Shown here: piece after piece, positions 55,251-62,931 of the stretch | How positions within the stretch are numbered: position 1 is the stretch's first letter | Layout of the letters: every line of letters starts with the position of its first letter | NCBI GenBank assembly: GCA_937898195.1 | Contig: CALEJD010000040.1 | Location: 24,052 to 88,051 of the forward strand | Length of the DNA stretch: 64,000 bases | Direction: 5' to 3' | Origin: an uncultured Clostridia bacterium | Lineage (GTDB): Bacteria; Bacillota; Clostridia; Oscillospirales; Acutalibacteraceae | The notes under the pieces: generated by a model | The model's input: the letters and a program-made list of their open reading frames with translations, nothing else | What the model was told of the DNA's origin: nothing | Database searches by the model: none | Position numbers and translations under genes: made by a program

Positions 55251-55811
55251 TTACCTTGATTCCATATAACTATATCTTGGCGTACTTGTCAAAATCTGAC
55301 AATTACTTTTTTCTGCGTCAAATCTCAAATCGCTTCCGCATTTTCCACATCTATAGTTATGGTAATTTTTGGTAAATTTACTTGCACGTTCTCTGATAAT
55401 AACTTGCCCACATCCTTCACATACAAATACATAATTATGCTTCTTTTCTCTTGTTGGTTTTTCAATTCCAAAATCTGAATATGAATTTGTGCGTGTGATT
55501 GTATACTTTGTGTTGCGTGTTACATAATCCGCCAATCTTTTCCATTCATTTTTATGCGTCATGCAATCCTTACATGTGTGCAATACCTCATGGATAATTG
55601 TACTCATAATCGCAACATCATTAGCATTGTCATCAAAGATAAGATAGTTAAAATTAAGTGAATATGTATTTGTTACGTTATTTCTTCTACATTGTCCGAA
55701 TCTGTTTTTAGCACGATAGTTCAATTTGACTTCAACGATGTTACCATACTCAATATTTAAGTCATCAAGAATTTCAAGTGCACTATGATACATTTCCATA
55801 TAGTTTTTCAT
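55251..55811 (-). CDS. SprT-like zinc metalloprotease with a C-terminal Zn ribbon
   Basis: RFGQC..., HEVLH (HExxH), CEGCG...CGKCG; ATG 55811 after GGAGGT lies downstream of the promoter, so the longer track ORF is unlikely. Confidence 0.65.
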   Translation of the reverse strand: MKNYMEMYHSALEILDDLNIEYGNIVEVKLNYRAKNRFGQCRRNNVTNTYSLNFNYLIFDDNANDVAIMSTIIHEVLHTCKDCMTHKNEWKRLADYVTRNTKYTITRTNSYSDFGIEKPTREKKHNYVFVCEGCGQVIIRERASKFTKNYHNYRCGKCGSDLRFDAEKSNCQILTSTPRYSYMESR

Positions 55812-55852
55812 TTCATACCTCCGATAATGTATGTGCTTTATCTTACGATAAC

Positions 55853-55881
55853 AATATATCATACATCGTTATATTTGTCAA
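55853..55881 (-). promoter_or_regulatory. early consensus promoter
   Basis: TTGACA-17 nt-TATATT. Confidence 0.65.
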
Positions 55882-55924
55882 GTTCTTTTTTAAGTACAAT
55901 TCTTTAGTGCTTTAGTGTGATAAA

Positions 55925-56116
55925 TTACCTTACATCCTCCATTTCCATATGTGGATATTTCTCTTTAAGCATTAACATAATTTCATGGTATGTTGCAAAA
56001 TAATCTTTTTCCTCAAGATAAGAATAACTAAACAGAAATTCATCCATGCTTAACGTCATAAAATCATGCATTTTGTTCATGTCATCCGCAAATGTCCAAT
56101 TACTAATATCCTTCAT
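55925..56116 (-). CDS. 63-aa acidic early protein
   Basis: SD AGGAGGT. Confidence 0.7.
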   Translation of the reverse strand: MKDISNWTFADDMNKMHDFMTLSMDEFLFSYSYLEEKDYFATYHEIMLMLKEKYPHMEMEDVR

Positions 56117-56156
56117 GTTAACCTCCTATAATGTTACACTATCAATTTACAATATC

Positions 56157-56185
56157 ATATTATCATACATTGGTTTATTTGTCAA
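56157..56185 (-). promoter_or_regulatory. early consensus promoter
   Basis: TTGACA-17 nt-TAATAT. Confidence 0.65.
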
Positions 56186-56230
56186 GTAAAATGTGCAAAA
56201 TATTTTTATAAATATTTTTCTAAAAACTAC

Positions 56231-56259
56231 TTGACAAACGTTGAAAAATATGTTAATCT
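56231..56259 (+). promoter_or_regulatory. rightward promoter, divergent from 56157..56185
   Basis: TTGACA-17 nt-TAATCT; followed by GGGGAAGTCTAAGTCTAA and an A run. Confidence 0.5.
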
Positions 56260-56295
56260 AATAGGGGAAGTCTAAGTCTAATAAAAAAAAGATAT

Positions 56296-56324
56296 AAAAA
56301 AAACGGTCTGAATTTTCAGACCGT
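56296..56324 (-). terminator. rho-independent terminator (leftward)
   Basis: ACGGTCTG-aattttc-CAGACCGT followed by T8 on the minus strand. Confidence 0.7.
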
Positions 56325-56332
56325 TCCTATAT

Positions 56333-56527
56333 TTACAACAAATCAGTTTCCATTTCCCTAATATAAAATTCATCCATATCATAAAGTTTTTTAATAAGTT
56401 CTAATTTTTCCCTTGCTCTTTTTTCGCTTGCGTATGCCATAATCATACTACTGGTTATAACATTGTCTTTAGATTTTGTTTGTAATGATATAACACCAAA
56501 TTTATCACATATTGCATATACTACCAT
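56333..56527 (-). CDS. 64-aa early protein
   Basis: SD GGAGGT. Confidence 0.65.
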   Translation of the reverse strand: MVVYAICDKFGVISLQTKSKDNVITSSMIMAYASEKRAREKLELIKKLYDMDEFYIREMETDLL

Positions 56528-56549
56528 AATTTACCTCCAAATATTTATG

Positions 56550-56993
56550 TCAATTTTTTTCTTCAACCATTTCTTTAATGTCATCAATTGTAATGGTTTG
56601 ATTTTTATAATTTTCAAAGAGTGCCTTGCAATCATCTACTGTAGAACAAATATTGTTGCAAATACAAGTGTCGCAATCGTTACAAAAATCTTCAAAGTCA
56701 TTTTCAAGTTCTAAACTTTCAATTGATTCATTCAAAGTTTCTTCCATTTCATCTTCGGGCAAATTTCCATTTTCTGTCAATCCAATATTCTCATAAATAT
56801 AGTCACGTTCAAACCATATAAAATCGTTTACTTCCGTATCAGTCGGAACATTATCACAAAACACCATCTCAAGAAAATCCATAAATTCATTTTCTTTGTT
56901 TGCGTTCTGAATGTCTGCAATAGTATCTATTGCTCCACTCCATACCATATCAGCAAGTTCATAAAACCCATTGATTTCTTTTCTAACTTCCAT
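56550..56993 (-). CDS. 147-aa strongly acidic early protein
   Basis: SD GGAGGT; D/E-rich with a CNDCDTCICNNIC cluster. Confidence 0.7.
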   Translation of the reverse strand: MEVRKEINGFYELADMVWSGAIDTIADIQNANKENEFMDFLEMVFCDNVPTDTEVNDFIWFERDYIYENIGLTENGNLPEDEMEETLNESIESLELENDFEDFCNDCDTCICNNICSTVDDCKALFENYKNQTITIDDIKEMVEEKN

Positions 56994-57031
56994 GTTGTTA
57001 CCTCCAATTATATAACCTTTAACATAGTTAT

Positions 57032-57060
57032 ACTATATCATGCTTTATTGTCATTGTCAA
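57032..57060 (-). promoter_or_regulatory. early consensus promoter
   Basis: TTGACA-17 nt-TATAGT. Confidence 0.7.
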
Positions 57061-57067
57061 GTATTTT

Positions 57068-57295
57068 TTAATAATAATTTTTTGGTGCGTTATCAATTTC
57101 TCTGCGAGTAAATCCCATTTCCAAAAGTTTCTTAATCATGGTTTCTTTTTTAACATACCACCTTAATTCAATATCATGGTATGTAGAATTATATACTTGA
57201 TTTGACGGTCTTGTGTATGAATTCATTTTATATAATTCTAATTCATAACTATTATTCATTGATTTTAATTTATATCCATAATATGTTCTTCTCAT
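57068..57295 (-). CDS. 75-aa early protein
   Basis: ATG 57295 lies 6 nt after GAGGTG. Confidence 0.6.
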   Translation of the reverse strand: MRRTYYGYKLKSMNNSYELELYKMNSYTRPSNQVYNSTYHDIELRWYVKKETMIKKLLEMGFTRREIDNAPKNYY

Positions 57296-57308
57296 TTTAT
57301 GCACCTCA

Positions 57309-57578
57309 TTATTCCATCATTTCATTAATGTAAATCGTTTCTCTGTCATCATGTTTAAGCCATGATACCCATTCACATTCTACTTTTATATTACGTCTGT
57401 TAAGCACTTCTTTCCACATGTCGTTAATGAACATATAAAAATCATTTAATGCTTCTGCTTTTGCGTTATCTTTATTATTAGAGATTACGATTTCACTATA
57501 CAATTTTTCGTTTCTAATTCCACTAAATATTGTATTTGTTCTTCCGTAAATTGTTACATAATATTTCTTCATGCTCAT
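57309..57578 (-). CDS. 89-aa early protein
   Basis: SD GGAGGT. Confidence 0.65.
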   Translation of the reverse strand: MSMKKYYVTIYGRTNTIFSGIRNEKLYSEIVISNNKDNAKAEALNDFYMFINDMWKEVLNRRNIKVECEWVSWLKHDDRETIYINEMME

Positions 57579-57592
57579 TGTCTATACCTCCA

Positions 57593-57841
57593 TCAATCCC
57601 ATCCTAACATTTCATATATTTCATCCATGTTAAATGGTTTACTATTTACATCGTGCTTCGGTGTATCTAATATCTTGTCAATTCTCGCTTGTTCTGTTTT
57701 GTGTTGCCATAACAATGGTTCGTTACCTTTTACCATATTTTCTGTGACTGTATATCTTTTTCCCCTATATTCATATTCAAGATATACGGTTTCCCTGTCG
57801 TATCCTGTGCCATACCATTTATCAATAAATTTTGCCTTCAT
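57593..57841 (-). CDS. 82-aa early protein
   Basis: SD GGGAGGT. Confidence 0.65.
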   Translation of the reverse strand: MKAKFIDKWYGTGYDRETVYLEYEYRGKRYTVTENMVKGNEPLLWQHKTEQARIDKILDTPKHDVNSKPFNMDEIYEMLGWD

Positions 57842-57869
57842 TCTTTCAACCTCCCTTATTTACAATACC

Positions 57870-57898
57870 ACTATACCATATTTCAATCCCATTGTCAA
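57870..57898 (-). promoter_or_regulatory. early consensus promoter
   Basis: TTGACA-17 nt-TATAGT with TGG. Confidence 0.7.
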
Positions 57899-58290
57899 CA
57901 ACTTTTTTTCAACAAAATAAAATAAAAAAAACTACCATTTTTTCAATGTTTTTTACCACTATTTTATAAAATTACGTTCGGCAAATCGCAAATTAGAGCC
58001 TCGCAAAAATCAAAAGAATGTTGGAATTTCAACGATTATAGCCATTCTTTAGCACTTTAGTGTAATTTTGCCATATAGTTATACCTTGAATTTATGTATT
58101 TTTATGCAAATTTCATACATAAATCGTTATAAATGTTGAAATTGCAAGGGTTTCGACGTTTTTACCTATCGTACAACAAGCCTAAAATAAGCCTAAAATC
58201 GTCGATTTAAGCGTTTTTCCCAAAATATGGTATGAATACTCATGTATATTATACATAAGGGTTGGCACGATACTTGCATAGCCAAATTTG

Positions 58291-58546
58291 CTTTAATGCT
58301 TTAGAATACAAAAGTAAAATTTTACTTTTGTACTTTATAATTTGAATACTTTAATTTGCTAAAGTGTAACATTATAATCCACTTTTATGTTGTAAAGCAT
58401 TAAAGCATTATCGCTTTAATATGGTAAAGTTATAAAATATTAACGTCTTAATACATTAAAATATCATTGCTTTAATATGGTAAAGTCTTGTGTATTGAAT
58501 ATTGTATACACATTTTTAGCACATTAATACTTTAATGCGTTAAAGT
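58291..58546. repeat. gene-free cluster of ACTTTA-N6-TAAAGT palindromes, a 22-bp perfect palindrome and a TGTATACA palindrome
   Basis: Sites at 58348, 58413, 58469 and 58529; CAAAAGTAAAATTTTACTTTTG at 58309-58330; TGTATACA at 58503-58510. Confidence 0.85.
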
Positions 58547-58556
58547 TTTTGAACAT

Positions 58557-58594
58557 GAAAAAAGGTTACCAATATTTTACACGGTAACCTTTTC
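58557..58594 (-). terminator. rho-independent terminator (leftward)
   Basis: AAAGGTTACC-12 nt-GGTAACCTTT followed by a T run on the minus strand. Confidence 0.7.
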
Positions 58595-58629
58595 CAATTT
58601 ATTTATAGGAGGTTTTAGAGAATTTCTGA

Positions 58630-59193
58630 TTAATAATCATATTGTACTATTCTACCATCCCAAAGTTCATAATAGTAACCATCTTCAATAATCGCTTCGC
58701 CAAGTCCTTCATAATCAATATAATTTGTTAACCAAGATTCAATATTACAACATTCATCAACATAATTTTCTGCAACGTCATACGCATCATTCCATACATA
58801 CGATATAATACTCATATCAAAATAATCATTGTTGTAATTGTTAAGCACTTCTTCAACATCTTCTTCGTTAAGTGCGTATTCATCATGCATCTTTTCAATT
58901 TCAGATTCACGCACATATGATTCAAATTCTTCATGTTCACCATTTGCAATCATATCAGCAACATCGCTAAACGTATCATCGCCATCAGTATTTTTCATAC
59001 GATTAAACACATCTTTCGTAACCCATGTTTCAACATCATCAAAATCTTCATCAATACGCACACTACAACGTGCATTTGATACAATAGGTTTACCACTATA
59101 ATCTAAATGAATTATGCCATCACTATTAAGTTCAATATATCTGCATCCATCGCATTCATCTTTAATTCTATAAAGGATAATGTACTTACTCAT
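58630..59193 (-). CDS. ardA: ArdA-like anti-restriction protein (acidic DNA-mimic family)
   Basis: C-terminus YDVAENYVDE...LTNYIDYEGLGEAIIEDGYYYELWDGRIVQY parallels Tn916 Orf18 ArdA YDVARYYIEE...LQNYIDYQAYGRDLDLSGTF...GIFEI (recalled from memory); very acidic. Confidence 0.55.
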   Translation of the reverse strand: MSKYIILYRIKDECDGCRYIELNSDGIIHLDYSGKPIVSNARCSVRIDEDFDDVETWVTKDVFNRMKNTDGDDTFSDVADMIANGEHEEFESYVRESEIEKMHDEYALNEEDVEEVLNNYNNDYFDMSIISYVWNDAYDVAENYVDECCNIESWLTNYIDYEGLGEAIIEDGYYYELWDGRIVQYDY

Positions 59194-59207
59194 ATTTATA
59201 CCTCCAA

Positions 59208-59750
59208 TTACGCACGTTCTTCAACTTCGTTAAGCAAATCTTCAACTTCAGTTTCGCAAAACTCGCCAATACTTGTATCGTTATCCCAATCCCAAACATT
59301 ATAGCACTCTGCCATAATATCTATATCACAACAATATTTACCATCGGCAATGGTTTTATATTGCATACGAGATTCAAGTTCAAACCATTCTGTTTCATCG
59401 TCAAATCTTACTAAAAATCTATCCGTATAATTTGCTCTTACATCACCATATCTATGTACCATAATCGCCATATATGTATATCCATTTATTCCCAATTCTG
59501 CTACATCAATATCGTGGTCTATATTAGCATTCCAATTATAAGTATTCCATCTATGGGCTGCATGTTCTACAATCCAATCAATTGACTTTCCTGTAGTTTC
59601 AATTTCATAATCCTTTAATTCATAAAGCAATTCAAGAACATTGCCACAAATTACATCATCTTTAATTTCACCGTTCGGCTCATATATCCAAGCCTTACAT
59701 TCTTTATTGACTTCCTTAATATCCTTAATTACTGCGTCCAATCTTGTCAT
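59208..59750 (-). CDS. 180-aa acidic early protein
   Basis: ATG 59750 lies 8 nt after GGAGGT (the track starts at TTG 59765). Confidence 0.65.
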   Translation of the reverse strand: MTRLDAVIKDIKEVNKECKAWIYEPNGEIKDDVICGNVLELLYELKDYEIETTGKSIDWIVEHAAHRWNTYNWNANIDHDIDVAELGINGYTYMAIMVHRYGDVRANYTDRFLVRFDDETEWFELESRMQYKTIADGKYCCDIDIMAECYNVWDWDNDTSIGEFCETEVEDLLNEVEERA

Positions 59751-59793
59751 ATTCATAACCTCCAATTATGTTATAACTTTATCTTACAATAAT

Positions 59794-59822
59794 ACTATAA
59801 CATATCTTTAATCATTTATCAA
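59794..59822 (-). promoter_or_regulatory. early promoter
   Basis: TTGATA-17 nt-TATAGT. Confidence 0.6.
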
Positions 59823-59961
59823 GTGTTTTTTTTAACAAATAATCAATATCCGACAATTTACTATTCATCGCCAATTGCAAATCAATACCATTGATTCCAA
59901 TTTTTTCCAATTCCCTTTTTATCTCGTTTTGTTTTGTTATTGGTAGTTCTGCAATATACAT
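59812..59961 (-). CDS. 49-aa early protein
   Basis: Weak SD AGGAAA; starts right after the upstream stop. Confidence 0.4.
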   Translation of the reverse strand: MYIAELPITKQNEIKRELEKIGINGIDLQLAMNSKLSDIDYLLKKTLDK

Positions 59962-59962
59962 T

Positions 59963-60109
59963 TTATTTATTTCCTAACTTTATTCTTATAATTTTATGCT
60001 CCAAAATCTTTAGTTCATCTTTTTGATGGTTATATTCCATTTCAATTCTTTTGCCTTGCTTTAATTTCTGTGTAATTACCTCTAATGCTTCCTTATTAAT
60101 ATATTCCAT
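59963..60109 (-). CDS. 48-aa early protein
   Basis: SD GGGAGGT 5 nt upstream. Confidence 0.55.
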   Translation of the reverse strand: MEYINKEALEVITQKLKQGKRIEMEYNHQKDELKILEHKIIRIKLGNK

Positions 60110-60126
60110 TTATTACCTCCCAAATT

Positions 60127-60549
60127 TTACCATTCTTCATCTTCTTCATCTTCCAAAAGTGCCCAATGAATACTTCCATCACAATCCGCATCCATATAGT
60201 CCTCAATAGATTCATCCCATAAATTGTTCATGTCAAATGTTCTATAAAGGAAATTTGCAAGCTCCAATGGGTTTTTATAATAGTGTCTTTCAAGTTCCTT
60301 TGTCGGGCGCATACCACCATCAGCATAAACATAAATTGTAATGAGATTATCATTATCCACCATTAGTTTAATATATCCCATTTCATTTTCATGGAACACC
60401 ATAAACTCACAAACACGCTCGTTACAATTCCAGTCAAAATCTGTACCATCATTACCATTCATATAGTAAATTTTTCCATCAAGTTCATTTCCGATAATTG
60501 GATATTCTTCCCTAACTTCATTAATAATGTTCAAAATCTGTTTAAGCAT
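60127..60549 (-). CDS. 140-aa acidic early protein (ends EDEEDEEW)
   Basis: SD AGGAGGT. Confidence 0.7.
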   Translation of the reverse strand: MLKQILNIINEVREEYPIIGNELDGKIYYMNGNDGTDFDWNCNERVCEFMVFHENEMGYIKLMVDNDNLITIYVYADGGMRPTKELERHYYKNPLELANFLYRTFDMNNLWDESIEDYMDADCDGSIHWALLEDEEDEEW

Positions 60550-60587
60550 ATGTTACCTCCTATTACATAACTTCTTTTAACACATAT

Positions 60588-60616
60588 ACTATATCATACA
60601 TTGGTTATATTGTCAA
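60588..60616 (-). promoter_or_regulatory. early consensus promoter
   Basis: TTGACA-17 nt-TATAGT. Confidence 0.7.
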
Positions 60617-60625
60617 GTATTTTTT

Positions 60626-60922
60626 TTAGATTTTGTTAAAATCTTCATCATACCAATTTCCATCTTTATCCAATGTATATTCCGATACCTTCCAAAATTC
60701 CCTTACGCAATATTCAAGTTCTTCAATACTCTTCAAATCATCAAAATGTTCATAAGCACAAATCGTATATACATATGTTGTTAGGCAATTCAATTTTGCT
60801 TCTGCATTAAGTTCGTCATATGTGAGAAATGTTTCTTCTCCCATATCATTCAATTCATCTTCAATTAATGTAATTACATTACTTGACAAACACATGTGCT
60901 CTATTACATCGCCTAAATTCAT
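60626..60922 (-). CDS. 98-aa acidic early protein
   Basis: ATG 60922 lies 6 nt after GGAGGA. Confidence 0.65.
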   Translation of the reverse strand: MNLGDVIEHMCLSSNVITLIEDELNDMGEETFLTYDELNAEAKLNCLTTYVYTICAYEHFDDLKSIEELEYCVREFWKVSEYTLDKDGNWYDEDFNKI

Positions 60923-60924
60923 CC

Positions 60925-61122
60925 TTATTCCTCCATCCAATCATACCATGAGCGCACTTCATCTTCATGCAATCCCATATCAACATAAATTCCTATAAGT
61001 TCTTCACGTTCCTTAATATTTCTATAATTGTAATAATTATCCAAATGTTCACCAATCCAATTGCACATATTAGTTAACAAGTTTTCAATTTCTGCATTTG
61101 TATAGTCATTATGCCAAGTCAT
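60925..61122 (-). CDS. 65-aa acidic early protein
   Basis: SD AGGAGGT. Confidence 0.65.
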   Translation of the reverse strand: MTWHNDYTNAEIENLLTNMCNWIGEHLDNYYNYRNIKEREELIGIYVDMGLHEDEVRSWYDWMEE

Positions 61123-61125
61123 AAT

Positions 61126-61341
61126 TTACCTCCTATCAATCGTACCAAGCCAACTATTGAATTCATCCCAATCAACTTCACACACATCATAGTCCTCAAA
61201 GAATTCAAGAACATTCTCAAACATATTCTTACAAGCGATAAATTCATCATCAGAAAGTTTTGTACCTTCATAAAGTGCTTCAATACAATCGTTTACATCC
61301 ATGTTTGTATTGTGAAATCTGCAATAATTCATATTTGCCAT
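61126..61341 (-). CDS. 71-aa acidic early protein
   Basis: SD AAGGAGGT. Confidence 0.65.
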   Translation of the reverse strand: MANMNYCRFHNTNMDVNDCIEALYEGTKLSDDEFIACKNMFENVLEFFEDYDVCEVDWDEFNSWLGTIDRR

Positions 61342-61352
61342 ATCGTACCTCC

Positions 61353-61445
61353 TTAATAAATACCATCAATATAATGATTTCCAAGCCCTGTAATAATAGT
61401 CACCAATGCGAAAGCGATAATCGCCTTTATTGTTTCTCTATCCAT
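61353..61445 (-). CDS. 30-aa hydrophobic micro-protein
   Basis: SD AGGAGGT 6 nt upstream; first ORF after the promoter at 61492..61520. Confidence 0.4.
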   Translation of the reverse strand: MDRETIKAIIAFALVTIITGLGNHYIDGIY

Positions 61446-61491
61446 ATTCAACCTCCTACCATATCAATTATTATTTTTCAATTTCAACGTA

Positions 61492-61520
61492 ATTATATCA
61501 TATCTGTTTTTATTTGTCAA
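61492..61520 (-). promoter_or_regulatory. early consensus promoter
   Basis: TTGACA-17 nt-TATAAT. Confidence 0.7.
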
Positions 61521-61827
61521 GAAAAATCTCAATATTTTTCATTCCAAAATATTCCAATGTTAGTACAAATGCGACAAGATTTTTCACGTTATGATTATTG
61601 ATTTTTCTTTTTTCATTCGCATAATCTTCAAATGCAAATCGAAAAGCATAAAGGTCATAAGCCATACCACGCATCACAATATCCTCTAACCTATCATCCC
61701 AATGCTCATTTTCCATTGTGTGATACTTAATAAAATCCTCTGCATAATCCTTTTCCTCAATATAATGGTCATAAAATCTCCCCATAAATTCAAATCCATC
61801 CATTGTAATTTCTGTTTTGATTTTCAT
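61510..61827 (-). CDS. 105-aa early protein
   Basis: SD GGAGGT. Confidence 0.65.
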   Translation of the reverse strand: MKIKTEITMDGFEFMGRFYDHYIEEKDYAEDFIKYHTMENEHWDDRLEDIVMRGMAYDLYAFRFAFEDYANEKRKINNHNVKNLVAFVLTLEYFGMKNIEIFLDK

Positions 61828-61848
61828 TTCATACCTCCGATTACATAA

Positions 61849-61990
61849 GGGGTGGTTATCCGATTATCAAAATCAATAAGGGGTGGTTATCCAATTATTG
61901 ATTTCAATTTTCGTTTTTTGATTCTGAAATTGATTTCATTTTTCATTTTTTGATTTTGAAATTGATTTCATTTTTCAATTTTTCATTTTG
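61849..61990. repeat. repeat block 2: two ATAAGGGGTGGTTATCC boxes plus three TGATTTCAWTTTTC units
   Basis: Boxes at 61849-61864 and 61880-61895; same orientation as block 1. Confidence 0.8.
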
Positions 61991-62056
61991 CTATCGTGCG
62001 CACCTTGTACCAATATTTTACACGTTGAATTAAAATCAATTTTCATTTGCAAACGT

Positions 62057-62085
62057 ATAATATCATATCTCGTTTTATTTGTCAA
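62057..62085 (-). promoter_or_regulatory. early consensus promoter with a ~230-nt leader containing repeat block 2
   Basis: TTGACA-17 nt-TATTAT. Confidence 0.65.
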
Positions 62086-62931
62086 TACCTTTTTTTATTT
62101 TGTTTTATTTTTTTTATCATGCGCATGTTATATATAATGTATGCTTTTGATTATAAGTATATTGTTGTTGTTATTTTTACATACAATATTTTTCATATCA
62201 CCTTATAACGCTTTAATTTGCGTTTTAAGCGATTTTTTATATTGAATGATAAATTACCTTACATTGATACAAAATGCTCTTAAAACTTAAAATAAGCACA
62301 TTAAACACTCGTTTTTAGGGATAATCATATAACATCATGTATTATTTTTCTACCATATTATTATATGTGATTTTGATATAAAAAAAATAATCAATTTGTT
62401 ATCAAAATATTACTAATTTGTTTATGAAAAAATAAACAAACATGCTTTAAGAATAAAGAAAAAGATTTTAATGATTTAATACTTTAATTAATTAAAGTAA
62501 AAAAAATGAAACAATACGCTTTAAGAATAAGAAAATAAAATCAATTTTACTTTTTTTCAATTTAACACTTTAATCAATTAAAGTGTTATCAAAAAAAAAC
62601 ATTATCAAAATCAAAATTCAAAATTAAAAGAATTTTTAAGAATAAAAAAATCAAAAAAATTTTCATTTTTTTTTCAAAAATCTCTGTGGCATATATATAT
62701 GGGGAAATATAAAAAACGCACTTTACCCTCCGCAAGCGAGTCCCCCTCTGCTTTTTCACATTAAAGTAATGAATCGAATCAAATTTTAACGCTTTAACGC
62801 TTTATCGCTTTAATTGAATAAAGTGCATATTCATTCATTCCAAATTTTTCCATTTTTGGCAATTTTTCCATTTCTATTTTCTTCCATAAACAAGCGTTTG
62901 CGCTCGCCTGTTCTGTCAGATTTTGGAAGTG

